A stretch of 64,000 nt of DNA, taken from Candidatus Bathyarchaeota archaeon (GTDB lineage Archaea; Thermoproteota; Bathyarchaeia; Bathyarchaeales; Bathycorpusculaceae). Positions within the stretch are counted from its first letter, which is position 1, and the number at the start of each line of letters is the position of its first letter. Position numbers and translations under genes: made by a program. The DNA is taken from the NCBI GenBank assembly GCA_963828195.1, contig CAWHDT010000001.1, forward strand, positions 256,001 through 320,000, given 5' to 3'. A model generated the notes under the pieces. The model was not told the DNA's origin. It saw only the letters and a program-made list of their open reading frames with translations, and did not search any database. This document shows positions 50,100 to 60,572 of this stretch, in pieces.

Positions 50100-51614
50100 C
50101 TAACTTTCGTTCTTCGATGGATTTGAACAGACGATTGTCTGAAGTTCTTCCGTGGTTTTCGTGTTGCGGTATTCGCTGAAGCTTAAGCTTGCATCATTTT
50201 TCAGATACGCATCAATGAGGTTGGCGAGCGCAAACTTGACGTGTTCTGCTCTGACTCCGCGTTGAATTAGCTTCCCCAACGAGGGCTCTCCAGTGTTCCC
50301 TCTAATGTGCAGGTTGTAGCCTGGAACGTTTTTGCCTTCAGAAATCAACGCCATCCCCTGCAATCCTACATCCGCGATCAGGTGGCGGGCGCAGCCGTTT
50401 GGGCAGCCGCTAAAACTGACCCGTACCTTTATGTTTCTCAAATTGTCTCCAAAGCGCGCCTCGAGGTAATCTATGGTTTCTTTTGCGTCGTTTTTCGGGT
50501 GCCCGATGGTTTTTCCACAGAAGTTGCCCGCACAAGCGATGGTTGTCCATTTCAAACATGAATTGTTCAGTGAGTACCCGTTTTCTTCAAGGTTTTTCAC
50601 AGCCAAGCTTGCAGATTTGTCTGGGATGTTGGCTAAGATTACGTTTTGGAATGGGGTTAGACGCAACTCTCCGTTGCCAAATTCCTCGGCGGCTTCTGCG
50701 ATCTTTAGCATTTTTTCGCTTGATAATATGCCGCTGACGATTGGTATGTTTATGTATGACTTGCCTTCTTGTTTTTGAGGTTGGACGCCAACGTGTTCTC
50801 CTCTGCAGGATGGCAAACGCTCCAAAACGTATGGTTCAAATGTTTTCCCCATTTTATCTTCCATAGTTTTCCTTAGTTTTTCGGTTCCCCAAGAGTCAAC
50901 TAACCATCTGAAACGTGCTTTCGCCTTGATTTCTCTGGCTCCGAAATCCCTAAAGATTTCAGCTGTGCATTTCGCCACATCCAGGATTTCTTCTGGTTTC
51001 ACTATCACATTTAATTGCCTGGCAAGCTGCGGTACAGCCGCGACAGTTCCTCCGACTAAAACTGCAAAACCTACCTCTCCTGAAGGCCGCCTAACTGCAA
51101 CAAACGCCAAATCCTGGACTTCTGGATTCCCGCAGTGTAAGCTGCATCCTGAAACAGCAATCTTCAATTTTCTAGGCAAGTCAAGAAAATCTTTGTTGCC
51201 GTTAAAGTAACTGTCAAGTTGCTTAACTATCGGCCAAGTGTCGATTAACTCATGTTTATCTATGCCGGCCGCTGGGCAACTTACTACGGCTCGAACGTCG
51301 CCGCAGTGAGCGGTAGGAATTCCTTGGCCTCCATGATCCGTGGAAAAACCGATCTCACCCAGTTTTGTAAAAATCTCTAACGCTTTTTCAGATTCAACCC
51401 AATGCAGCTGTATGTTTTGTCGATCAGTGATTTCAGCATACCCTCTGCCGTACGCCGCGGATAGGTCGGCTATGGCTTTGAGTTGTTCAGCGTTTAGCTT
51501 GCCGTTCGGAATTTTTATCCTCAAAAAATAGTTGGAGTCGTCACACTTGTCCTTGCCTAACACGTATCGGTCGCGGAGAGCGTCAAGGTCTTTAGATGAA
51601 GAGTTTGAACTCAA
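50100..51614 (-). CDS. Siroheme ferredoxin-dependent sulfite/nitrite reductase
   Basis: R.KIP.G, ITDRQNIQLH, LPRK.KIAVSGC, RLTPFQN, AC.G.FC, SGCPNGC. Confidence 0.85.
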   Translation of the reverse strand: MSSNSSSKDLDALRDRYVLGKDKCDDSNYFLRIKIPNGKLNAEQLKAIADLSAAYGRGYAEITDRQNIQLHWVESEKALEIFTKLGEIGFSTDHGGQGIPTAHCGDVRAVVSCPAAGIDKHELIDTWPIVKQLDSYFNGNKDFLDLPRKLKIAVSGCSLHCGNPEVQDLAFVAVRRPSGEVGFAVLVGGTVAAVPQLARQLNVIVKPEEILDVAKCTAEIFRDFGAREIKAKARFRWLVDSWGTEKLRKTMEDKMGKTFEPYVLERLPSCRGEHVGVQPQKQEGKSYINIPIVSGILSSEKMLKIAEAAEEFGNGELRLTPFQNVILANIPDKSASLAVKNLEENGYSLNNSCLKWTTIACAGNFCGKTIGHPKNDAKETIDYLEARFGDNLRNIKVRVSFSGCPNGCARHLIADVGLQGMALISEGKNVPGYNLHIRGNTGEPSLGKLIQRGVRAEHVKFALANLIDAYLKNDASLSFSEYRNTKTTEELQTIVCSNPSKNES

Positions 51615-51753
51615 AATTGTAACACCTATTATTGTTCTGAAGAGTTTAACTAAAATCTCAGTGTTTTGGATGGTTAAATACTATTTGTCTTACAATATTC
51701 GCTTTTGCGCGGGAAAATGTAAATTAATGTTGGCTCAACATCTTTTCTAGTGT

Positions 51754-52551
51754 GTGAACATTATGAAAGTAGCAGTTTCCGGTAAAGGCGGAGTCGGCAA
51801 AACCCTCATTGCAGGCGGCTTAGCCAAAGGCTTTGCTGACCGCGGATTAAAAACCATAGCGATCGACGCAGATTCCTCTCCTAACCTCGGCTTAACTCTG
51901 GGGTTATCGACGGAGGAAACCCGCAAAATCGTTCCCATTTCAGAGAACAAAACGTTGGTTGAATCTAAAACAAGCACGGGTTACTCGGGCGTTTACCGCT
52001 TGCAGTTCACCGTTGACGACATAGTCCGAGATTACTCCGTAAGCACTCCGCTTGGCCCGAACTTGATTGTGATGGGTACCGTACAGTCAATGGACGCAGG
52101 ATGCATGTGCGCACCCAACGCCGTCATACGCGCTCTCCTAAGGCACCTTGTCGTTGAGCGCGACGAAGCGGTTGTTTTAGATTTAGAAGCTGGCGTCGAA
52201 CATATCGGCAGAGGCACAGCAAGGCAAGTTGACGCATTACTTATCGTTGCTGATTCAAATCTGAAATCCTTAGAGATCGCCAAGCACATTCATGATATGG
52301 CTAAAGCCGCTGGGATGCAGCAGCTCTACCTGGTAGGAAACAGAGTTATGAACCCGGCTCAGAAGGAAGCCATCAGCAGTTTCGCAGAAAAAAACGGTTT
52401 AACCCTACTTACCTATGTGCCGTTTGACCAAAAAATCACTGAAGCAGACATGCTGGGCGAAACTCCGCTTAAAAACAAAGAAATCCTAGCAGTTAAAACC
52501 ATAGATGATATATGCGAGCTTTTACTAAAGAAAACATCGGTAACCCTTTGA
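51754..52551 (+). CDS. cooC: CooC/AcsF nickel-insertion ATPase
   Basis: GKGGVGKT, IDAD, GCMC, DLEAGVEH. Confidence 0.9.
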   Translation: MNIMKVAVSGKGGVGKTLIAGGLAKGFADRGLKTIAIDADSSPNLGLTLGLSTEETRKIVPISENKTLVESKTSTGYSGVYRLQFTVDDIVRDYSVSTPLGPNLIVMGTVQSMDAGCMCAPNAVIRALLRHLVVERDEAVVLDLEAGVEHIGRGTARQVDALLIVADSNLKSLEIAKHIHDMAKAAGMQQLYLVGNRVMNPAQKEAISSFAEKNGLTLLTYVPFDQKITEADMLGETPLKNKEILAVKTIDDICELLLKKTSVTL

Positions 52552-52561
52552 GGTTTTTGAA

Positions 52562-53326
52562 ATGAAAACTCTTGTAACTATCGGTCGTGGAGGAACAGGA
52601 AAATCCAGTTTCACCGCCCTTATGGCTAAATCCCTTATCGAATCTGGGCAAGCGCCTCTGCTGCTTGTTGATGCTGACCCAGACCAAAACCTCGCCGAAA
52701 TGCTTGGAATAGACCTTAAAGAGGCAGGAAAATCAACCATAGCCGAACTTCTTGTCAGTACATTCATTGTGCAAGGCGGCACCACAGTGGGTGTTCCTCC
52801 AACTGAGCGAATTGAAAGCAGAATTTGGGAAAACGGCTTGTTCGAGAGCAAAAACTTTGATTTCCTTGCAGTCGGCACCAAATGGGTTGAAGGCTGCTAC
52901 TGCATGCCCAACTCCGCTTTGAAAGGTGCACTAGAATCGTTAACAAAAAACTACAAATACATCCTTGTCAACTCGCCAGCGGGACTTGAAAACCTAAACC
53001 GAAGAATCACCTCAAACGTTAATGACGTATTTGACATTCTTGACCACTCAAAAAAATCGTTGGATCACGTGAAACGCGCCTACAAAATAGCCCAGGAAGT
53101 TGATATGAAGTTTGATAACTTCTATCTGGTTGGCGGCTACCGTTTTCCCGCAGAACTCGGCAAGCAGGCTGAAGCTGATTTGAAGTTCAAGTTTTTAGGA
53201 AAAATCGCTCAGGATGAACAGTTAGATGATTACGTTCTTGACGGGAAGTCGCTGCTTGATTTGCCCTCTGACAACAAAGCGTATGCTTCAGTAAAAGCCA
53301 TCATGAAAACGTTAGGTTATCTATAG
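52562..53326 (+). CDS. CooC/AcsF-type nickel-insertion ATPase, second paralog
   Basis: GRGGTGKS, VDADPD, GCYC, (N)SPAGLE. Confidence 0.85.
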   Translation: MKTLVTIGRGGTGKSSFTALMAKSLIESGQAPLLLVDADPDQNLAEMLGIDLKEAGKSTIAELLVSTFIVQGGTTVGVPPTERIESRIWENGLFESKNFDFLAVGTKWVEGCYCMPNSALKGALESLTKNYKYILVNSPAGLENLNRRITSNVNDVFDILDHSKKSLDHVKRAYKIAQEVDMKFDNFYLVGGYRFPAELGKQAEADLKFKFLGKIAQDEQLDDYVLDGKSLLDLPSDNKAYASVKAIMKTLGYL

Positions 53327-53476
53327 AAAACCTTTACACACCCCCTAAAATAATTTACACAATTTTTTTGAAACCTTACTTTTCTGCAGATTTATCGTAG
53401 CTTTTTCCCAATCTTCTGGAAAGGTTTAAAAAGATTGTAAGGAAGTTTATTCCTAAACCTTTACAGAGGTTTCAAT

Positions 53477-55825
53477 TTGACGACTAAAAACGTTAACATA
53501 AAAATTGATGAAATGAAGACTAACACTGGTTCCATAAAAAACCTTGAAGTGTCCATCGGCAAAGTTATCAACGACAACTATACTGAACCCATGGGGCCAA
53601 CCCCTATGCCCTCCATGACCACCCTGAGGGACTGGGACATGAAACTCCTCAACAAGTACAAGCCTTTCTATATGCCTGATTGTGATCTGTGCTGTCTATG
53701 CACTTTTGGAAAATGTGACCTGACGGCAGGAAAACGCGGTGCATGCGGTTTAGACATTGCAACCCAATCATCTCGTATCGTGATGTTAGCTTGTGCAATC
53801 GGCGCAGCATGCCACTCAGCACATTCACGTCACTTAGTTGAACACTTAATTGAAAAATACGGTCGCAGATACCCATTAGACATCGGTGGCTTAAACATTA
53901 AAGTTGAAGCTCCGGTTACACGCCTTGTAACAGGTATAAAGCCTGAAACTCTTGGTGACTTGGAGGAAGTATTATCTTATGTTGAAGAACAAATCACACA
54001 AGTTCTCGCAGTAGGACACACAGGCCAAGAAGGGCACAACTTAGATTTTGAATCCAAAGCTTTCCACGTCGGCATGATCGACCACGTTGGTATGGAAGTC
54101 GGTGACATTGCACAGATTTCCACCTTGGGTTACCCGAAAGCTGAAGCTGACACACCGCTTGTGAAACTTGGCATCGGCAGTGTTGATCGCGCAAAACCCG
54201 TTATCATGGTCATCGGACACAATGTTGTTCCATCAATTGGAATAATCGATTATGCGAAAGAAACCAAAGCCGATGAAAAAATAGAAATCGTCGGCTTATG
54301 TTGTACAGCACATGACATAACCAGGTACTACAATAAAGCTAGAATAGTAGGACCAATCAGTTGGGAGTTAAGATACATACGTGCAGGATTAGCGGACGTA
54401 GTCGTTCTTGACGAACAATGCATCCGAACAGATGTGTATGAAGAGGCAGCAAAAGTTCACGCTCCAGTAATCGCTGCATCAGAAAAGAATTGCATGGGCT
54501 TCAAAAACCGCACAAATGATCCGGCAGACGAAATTGTCTCTGACCTAGTAAGCGGCAAAGTCCAAGGCGTATTGATCCTTGACCCAGAAAAAGTTGGCGA
54601 AGTCGCGGTTCGTGTTGCCCAGAGCGTTGCTCCAATACGCAAACGAAAGAGCAGCCTCCCGACCTTAGAAGAAATAACACAAATTGCCAAGACCTGTACC
54701 CAATGCAAGAGTTGCCAACGCAACTGCCCACAAGATTACGCTATTCCAGCAGCTATCAAGGCGGCAGCCAAAGGCGATATAACCTTACTTACCGACCTAT
54801 ATGAGACCTGCATTGGCTGCGGAAGATGTGAAGAAGCTTGCCCGCAGAAAATCATGATCCACAGCCTTATCGTTAAAGCAGGCGAAAAAGCCATGTATGC
54901 AGAAAACAACCTTTGCCGTGTAGGTAGAGGTGCAGTTTCAGACGTTGAAATCCGCAATGTCGGCAGCCCCATCGTCCTAGGAGAAATCCCGGGTATCGTT
55001 GCAGTAGTGGGCTGCAGTAACTATCCAAAAGGCGGAAAAGACGTCTATGACATATGCAGAGAATTCGCGCTCAGACGATACATCGTTGTCTTATCAGGCT
55101 GCTCAGCCATGTCAGCAGGCAGCTACCGCAACAGCGAGGGCCAAACAATATACGAAGAATTCCCCGGCGGATTCGAAGCCGGCGGAGTACTCAATGTCGG
55201 CTCATGCGTTGCAAACAGCCACATCGCAGGCGCGGCCATTAAAGTAGCAAACATCTTTGCCAAACGCCCATTAAGAGGTAATTACGAAGAAATCGCAGAT
55301 TACATACATAACCGCTTAGGTGCAGTCGGTTTAGCTTGGGGTGCATATTCACAGAAGGCCGCAGCAATCGGCGCAGGATTCTGGCGGTTAGGCATACCCG
55401 TCCTCGTTGGTCCACACGGCGTAAAATACCGTCGTATGCTCCTTGGCAGAGAAGACCATCCGGAAGACTTCGAAGTTTACGATGCGCGTACAGGTGACAA
55501 AGTTCGAGTTGGACCAGCACCAGAGCACCTTTTCAATTCTGTCGAAACCAAAGAAGAGTGTATGGTTGCAATCGCAAAACTCTGCATTAGACCCAACGAC
55601 ACATGGAAAGGACGAAGCATAAAACTGAGCCACTACGTTGACTTAAGCAAGCGCTACATGGGCGTAATGCCAACCGATCTACATTTGTTCGTGAGAACAA
55701 TGGCTGATGTCCCAATGACCATGAAAGATGAATTCACAAAGATATTAGAAGAGCACGACTGGAAAGAAACAGTAATTCCAGATCCAACCTTGCTTCCAAG
55801 AATGGTTCGAAAAATGAAGGAGTAA
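53477..55825 (+). CDS. cdhA: CODH/ACS complex alpha subunit
   Basis: MGPTP.P, CDLCCLCTFGKC, GLCCTAHD, two CxxCxxC clusters, GSCVANSH, PDPT. Confidence 0.97.
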   Translation: MTTKNVNIKIDEMKTNTGSIKNLEVSIGKVINDNYTEPMGPTPMPSMTTLRDWDMKLLNKYKPFYMPDCDLCCLCTFGKCDLTAGKRGACGLDIATQSSRIVMLACAIGAACHSAHSRHLVEHLIEKYGRRYPLDIGGLNIKVEAPVTRLVTGIKPETLGDLEEVLSYVEEQITQVLAVGHTGQEGHNLDFESKAFHVGMIDHVGMEVGDIAQISTLGYPKAEADTPLVKLGIGSVDRAKPVIMVIGHNVVPSIGIIDYAKETKADEKIEIVGLCCTAHDITRYYNKARIVGPISWELRYIRAGLADVVVLDEQCIRTDVYEEAAKVHAPVIAASEKNCMGFKNRTNDPADEIVSDLVSGKVQGVLILDPEKVGEVAVRVAQSVAPIRKRKSSLPTLEEITQIAKTCTQCKSCQRNCPQDYAIPAAIKAAAKGDITLLTDLYETCIGCGRCEEACPQKIMIHSLIVKAGEKAMYAENNLCRVGRGAVSDVEIRNVGSPIVLGEIPGIVAVVGCSNYPKGGKDVYDICREFALRRYIVVLSGCSAMSAGSYRNSEGQTIYEEFPGGFEAGGVLNVGSCVANSHIAGAAIKVANIFAKRPLRGNYEEIADYIHNRLGAVGLAWGAYSQKAAAIGAGFWRLGIPVLVGPHGVKYRRMLLGREDHPEDFEVYDARTGDKVRVGPAPEHLFNSVETKEECMVAIAKLCIRPNDTWKGRSIKLSHYVDLSKRYMGVMPTDLHLFVRTMADVPMTMKDEFTKILEEHDWKETVIPDPTLLPRMVRKMKE

Positions 55826-55840
55826 ATGGAGAGATAAAAC

Positions 55841-56383
55841 ATGTCCTGTGAACCCTGGCAATGTGCAGAAATCGCTTCAACTAAAAAAGCAAATCCGATT
55901 CAAAAACCCGAGATAGCAGTTGCAATGATCAAAAAAGCGCAACGCCCCATTCTTGTAGTGGGCAGTAACGCTACCGAAAGGTGCTTGGAAGGCAAACAAT
56001 TGATCGAGTACATAATAGATCTCGCTAACGCATCAAAAGTACCAGTAGTCGCAACAGCTCACATGGTCGGCGAATTTATAAAACGCGGATACCAACCGGC
56101 AGCATTTATGAATGCGATGGAAATCGGCAATCTAGTTGTTGATCCAACTTGGCAAGGTTTAGACGGCAAAGGTCACCCAGACCTAGTAATGTTTGTCGGG
56201 TTACCTTACTATGTTGAATCGTTAGTGCTCTGCGGACTCAAACATTTTGCACCCGACCTAAAAACCATGACCCTCGACAACCTGTTCCACGTTCACGCAA
56301 GCTGGTCTTTCCCAAACGCATCCCTTGAAGAATGGGCTGCAAACCTCAAAGTAATGACTTCAAAATTTAATGGAGGAAACTAA
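55841..56383 (+). CDS. cdhB: CODH/ACS complex epsilon subunit
   Basis: AMIKKAQRP, W.GLDG.G..DLV, LKHFAP, A.WSFPN. Confidence 0.95.
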   Translation: MSCEPWQCAEIASTKKANPIQKPEIAVAMIKKAQRPILVVGSNATERCLEGKQLIEYIIDLANASKVPVVATAHMVGEFIKRGYQPAAFMNAMEIGNLVVDPTWQGLDGKGHPDLVMFVGLPYYVESLVLCGLKHFAPDLKTMTLDNLFHVHASWSFPNASLEEWAANLKVMTSKFNGGN

Positions 56384-56386
56384 AAA

Positions 56387-57799
56387 ATGTCTATGTTTAA
56401 AGATATACCCGTTGATGTTGGCGTAATCTACGAAGGAGAACGCATCAGAAGAAACGACATGCAAGTAGAACTCGGTGGACCCACAGTTAAACAAAAGTTT
56501 GAACTGGCAAAAGTAAAACCCATGGATGAGATCGACGATGGAAAAATCACCATCATAGGTCCAGACTTAAAAGATCTGAAGGAAGGCGGCGCATACCCAT
56601 TCGGCATTCTTGTTGAAGCTGCAGGCTCAAAGCTTGATGCAGGCCTTGAAGGTGTCATCGAGCGACGCATTCACGGCTACTTGAACTACATCGAAGGCTT
56701 CATGCACCTAAACCAGCGATATGACATCTGGATACGCATAGGCAAAAAATCATTCCAAAAAGGCTTAAACAGTTTTGAACCAATCGGCAAAGTCCTCTAC
56801 CGCCTATTCAAAAGCGAATTGCCAATCATCGAGAAAGTCCAAATTACCTTCATAACAGACCCAGCTAAACTTGACGAAATGACTCCTGAAGCAATCCAAG
56901 CATATGAATCGCGCGACGCCAAAGCAAGAGGCCTCAAAGACGAGGACGTAGACACATTCTACGGCTGCGCTCTATGCCAATCATTCGCGCCAAGCCACGT
57001 CTGCGTAATCACACCTCAAAGATACAGCAACTGCGGCGCCATCAGTTGGTTCGATGGCAAAGCCTCAGCAAGCATAGATCCGAAAGGTCCAGTCTTCGCA
57101 ATACCCAGAGGTCAAATGATCAACGCGGAGAAAGGCGAATTCTCAGGCGTCAACGAAGCAGCCAAGAAACGCAGCATGGGCGAAGTTAACCAAGTCTGGC
57201 TATACACAGCCTTTGATCACCCACACACTTCGTGTGGATGCTTCGAGGCAGTAACCTTCTACGTACCAGAGGTTGACGGATTAGCAGTAGTGCACAGAAG
57301 CTTCAAAGGCGCAACCGTAAACGGTTTACCATTCAGCACAATCGCAGACTCAGCAGCTGGCGGAAGACAAATCGACGGCTTCCACGGAATGTCTATCGAA
57401 TACATGAGAAGCAAGAAATTCTTCGCAGCAGACGGCGGATGGAACCGTGTAGTTTGGGTGCCTAAAGAAGTTAAAGAACGCGTTAAAGACTTCATTCCAA
57501 CAGAACTCGTTGATAAAATTGCAACTGAAGAAGACGCAAAGAATGTCGATGAACTCAAGGCTTTCCTGACGGCTAAGAATCACCCAGTTGTAGCAAGGTG
57601 GGCAGCCGAAGAAGCAGCAGCACCTGAAGCACAAGCAGTACAAGTTAACGAGGAAGCAGCGGGCACAATGATGCCAGTTGCAACCGCAGCATCACTACCC
57701 ATAATGGCCGGCGGATTCAAAATCATACTCAAAGACGCAAAAATCTACGCTAACAAAGTAATCATAACAACAGTCAAAGACGACAAAGACAAACGGTGA
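56387..57799 (+). CDS. cdhC: CODH/ACS complex beta subunit (acetyl-CoA synthase)
   Basis: YEGERIR, ERRIH, FYGC.LCQSFAP.H.C, PHTSCGCFE. Confidence 0.97.
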   Translation: MSMFKDIPVDVGVIYEGERIRRNDMQVELGGPTVKQKFELAKVKPMDEIDDGKITIIGPDLKDLKEGGAYPFGILVEAAGSKLDAGLEGVIERRIHGYLNYIEGFMHLNQRYDIWIRIGKKSFQKGLNSFEPIGKVLYRLFKSELPIIEKVQITFITDPAKLDEMTPEAIQAYESRDAKARGLKDEDVDTFYGCALCQSFAPSHVCVITPQRYSNCGAISWFDGKASASIDPKGPVFAIPRGQMINAEKGEFSGVNEAAKKRSMGEVNQVWLYTAFDHPHTSCGCFEAVTFYVPEVDGLAVVHRSFKGATVNGLPFSTIADSAAGGRQIDGFHGMSIEYMRSKKFFAADGGWNRVVWVPKEVKERVKDFIPTELVDKIATEEDAKNVDELKAFLTAKNHPVVARWAAEEAAAPEAQAVQVNEEAAGTMMPVATAASLPIMAGGFKIILKDAKIYANKVIITTVKDDKDKR

Positions 57800-59028
57800 T
57801 ATCTACGCCCCAAAACGACGCAGACAAAAAGACAGAAAGCGAAGGACTAAAACTCAGCGACGATCTGCTGAAAGCGCTTGCAAAATTCCAGCAAATTGAG
57901 CTGGAAGATTTCCAAATGGACGTCAAAGACCTAGAAATCGTCTTTGAACCCGGAATGGCTGGGCAAATAATGCCCAAACTTAAGCTTCCAGGCATAGCGG
58001 GCGGAAAACCAGTTTCAATGTTGCAGGCAGCTTTTCTGCCTCCAGTTGAGACCTACCCAAACAAGATCACTGAAGTAAAACTTGGGGCAACCAAAAGCGA
58101 AGGCGGGACACGCGGAAGATCATTCACCATAGGCGGAGAAGTTTCCCCTGCATTCTACAATTTTGAGCGACCAACCACTCATAAACCCGTAATTACCCTT
58201 GACGTTTTCGACATGGAAGTTCCGCTGAGCAAAGCTGTCAAAATGCACGTAAAAGACGTCGTCGGCGACCCAGCAGCATGGGCAAAACTTGCGGTAGACC
58301 AGTTCAAGGCGGATATGGTTACAATTCACTTAATCAGCATCGACCCTCTGCTCAAAGACGCTACGCCGAAAGACGCGGTGAAAACCGTTGAGAAGGTTCT
58401 GCAAGCCGTTGACGTTCCACTCGTTATCGGCGGATGCGGTGACCCAGTTAAAGACGCAGACGTTTTCCAAGCAATATGCGAAGCTTTCCCAGGTGAACGT
58501 TTCCTAATCAGCTCAATAACTCGGGATATGGATGTTGAGCGATGCGCAAAATACGTTAAAAAGAACGGACACGTAGCACTTTCATTCACTCCTATGGACT
58601 TGAATTTGGCACGTGAACTTAACAGGCGACTATACGATTTCTTGGCAAGAGAAGACATAGTCATGGACTTAACCACTGCAGCATTGGGCTACGGCTTAGA
58701 TTACGCGTTCACCAACATGGAGCGTGCAAGACTCGGCGGCTTAATGGGCGACTCTGAATTAGCTCACCCAATGTCCTCAGGAACAACCAACGCTTGGGCA
58801 GCAAGAGAAGCATGGCTAAAAATGTCAGCTGAATGGGAACCAAGAGAACTTCGAGGTCCACTCTGGGAAGTAACAACAGCCTTAACACTGTTGCTCGCTG
58901 GCGTTGACTTATTCATGATGATGCACCCTGCAGCCGTAAAAACACTAAAAGACGTAACAAACTACCTGACCAGCGGCAAAAAAGCAGATGCTTCCAAATT
59001 TGCCGATTGGGTAACATTAAAGGCTTAG
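57796..59028 (+). CDS. cdhD: CODH/ACS complex delta subunit
   Basis: GAT..EGGTR, DVFD, TAALGYGLDY, NAWAAREAW, MMHP. Confidence 0.96.
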   Translation: MISTPQNDADKKTESEGLKLSDDLLKALAKFQQIELEDFQMDVKDLEIVFEPGMAGQIMPKLKLPGIAGGKPVSMLQAAFLPPVETYPNKITEVKLGATKSEGGTRGRSFTIGGEVSPAFYNFERPTTHKPVITLDVFDMEVPLSKAVKMHVKDVVGDPAAWAKLAVDQFKADMVTIHLISIDPLLKDATPKDAVKTVEKVLQAVDVPLVIGGCGDPVKDADVFQAICEAFPGERFLISSITRDMDVERCAKYVKKNGHVALSFTPMDLNLARELNRRLYDFLAREDIVMDLTTAALGYGLDYAFTNMERARLGGLMGDSELAHPMSSGTTNAWAAREAWLKMSAEWEPRELRGPLWEVTTALTLLLAGVDLFMMMHPAAVKTLKDVTNYLTSGKKADASKFADWVTLKA

Positions 59029-59032
59029 GAGT

Positions 59033-60466
59033 TTGATTGACATGACAGAAAAAAAGAAAGCTGGACTCAAAGAATTAAGCCCCATAGACGTTTACAAGCT
59101 TCTTCCAAAAATTAACTGCAAAGAATGCGGCGTCAACAACTGCATGGCTTTTGCGACAAAAATTGTTAACCGCGAAATGAACATTGAGCAGTGCCCACCG
59201 CTGAAAAAGAAGGAAAACGAGAAAGCATACAATCAACTAAAAGAACTGCTAAAACCCGCAGTCAAAGAAGTCATTGTCGGTGCAGGAGAAAATGCGCGCA
59301 AACTCGGCGGCAAACTAGTCATGTACCGCCACGAATTCACCTACGTAAACCCCACAGCCATCGCAATAGACGTCACTGACGAAATGGAGACGCAGGAAGT
59401 TGAAAGCCGAATAAAACGCACAGCAAACTACAGCTTCGAATACATCGGCTACACGCTAAAGCTGGATATGATTGCTGTCCGCTCAACATCAGGTGACGCT
59501 GAGAAATTCAAGGCAGTCGTGAAAAAAGTTGCTGAAACAACCAAGCTGCCAATGGTTCTATGCTCCTTGAACTCCACCGTTCTTGAAGCTGGACTGATGG
59601 CGGCTCCGAAAGCAAGACCTCTACTTTATGCAGCTACCAAAGAAAACTGGAAAGACATGGCGGAACTCGCCTTAATGTACAGTTGCCCACTTGTGGTTTC
59701 TGCGCCAAACGACCTAAACACGCTGGTTTCGCTAGTTAAAACCTTGACTGCTTACGGCGTAACTGACTTGGTTTTAGACCCAGGCACATTCCCAAACGAA
59801 GGCTTACCCGACACAATAAACAACTTTACGATGCTCCGAAGAGCAGCAACTAGAGGCGGCGAAGAACTCGCTGGATTCCCATTGATGGGTGTTCCTATGG
59901 CTGCTTGGGTAGGTAAAGGCGAAACAGCTGACGACCTCATCAAATGGCGTGAAGCATACTTAGCAGCCATGCTTGTTGTACGCTACGCAGACATACTTGT
60001 AATGCACGGAAATGACGGGTGGTCACTTTTGCCCATAACGGTGCTAAGACAAAACATTTACACCGACCCACGCAAACCAGTCGCGGTTGCTCCAGGACTC
60101 AAAGTGTTCGGAACGCCAGACGAAAACTCGCCAGTCATGTTCACCTCGAACTTCGCATTGACCTACTACACTGTCGCCTCAGACTTAGACAGCAACAAAC
60201 TCAACGCCTACCTCATCGTCGTCGAAACTGAAGGCTCAGCCATAGATAGCGGAGTCGCAGGACGCAAACTCACCGCCGAACGAGTCGCAGACGCAATTAA
60301 ATCCTCAGGCATAGAGAGCAAAGTCAAGCACAGAAAAATCATCATCCCAGGAAAAGCCTCACGCATAAGCGGCGAAATCGAAGAACTCAGCGGCTGGAAA
60401 GTCCAAGTTGGACCACGCGACAGCAGCGAAATACCCAAATACCTCATAGAAAAATGGCAACCCTAA
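59033..60466 (+). CDS. cdhE: CODH/ACS complex gamma subunit (corrinoid Fe-S protein)
   Basis: LP..NCKECG...CMAFA, RHEF, RQNIYTDP.KP, NFALTY, GPRDS. Confidence 0.96.
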   Translation: MIDMTEKKKAGLKELSPIDVYKLLPKINCKECGVNNCMAFATKIVNREMNIEQCPPLKKKENEKAYNQLKELLKPAVKEVIVGAGENARKLGGKLVMYRHEFTYVNPTAIAIDVTDEMETQEVESRIKRTANYSFEYIGYTLKLDMIAVRSTSGDAEKFKAVVKKVAETTKLPMVLCSLNSTVLEAGLMAAPKARPLLYAATKENWKDMAELALMYSCPLVVSAPNDLNTLVSLVKTLTAYGVTDLVLDPGTFPNEGLPDTINNFTMLRRAATRGGEELAGFPLMGVPMAAWVGKGETADDLIKWREAYLAAMLVVRYADILVMHGNDGWSLLPITVLRQNIYTDPRKPVAVAPGLKVFGTPDENSPVMFTSNFALTYYTVASDLDSNKLNAYLIVVETEGSAIDSGVAGRKLTAERVADAIKSSGIESKVKHRKIIIPGKASRISGEIEELSGWKVQVGPRDSSEIPKYLIEKWQP

Positions 60467-60536
60467 GCCACCCTTTTCTTTCTCCATTTTCAATTTGGTT
60501 TTTCTTAGGACTTTTTTTAAGGGCATAATGCTTTTT

Positions 60537-60570
60537 ACTTACGGGACGTAAGTACTTACTGGACGTAAGT
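60537..60570. repeat. Two tandem ACTTAC-N5-GTAAGT palindromes, left of the ATPase gene
   Basis: ACTTACGGGACGTAAGT ACTTACTGGACGTAAGT, ending 2 nt before ATG. Confidence 0.9.
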
Positions 60571-60572
60571 AA

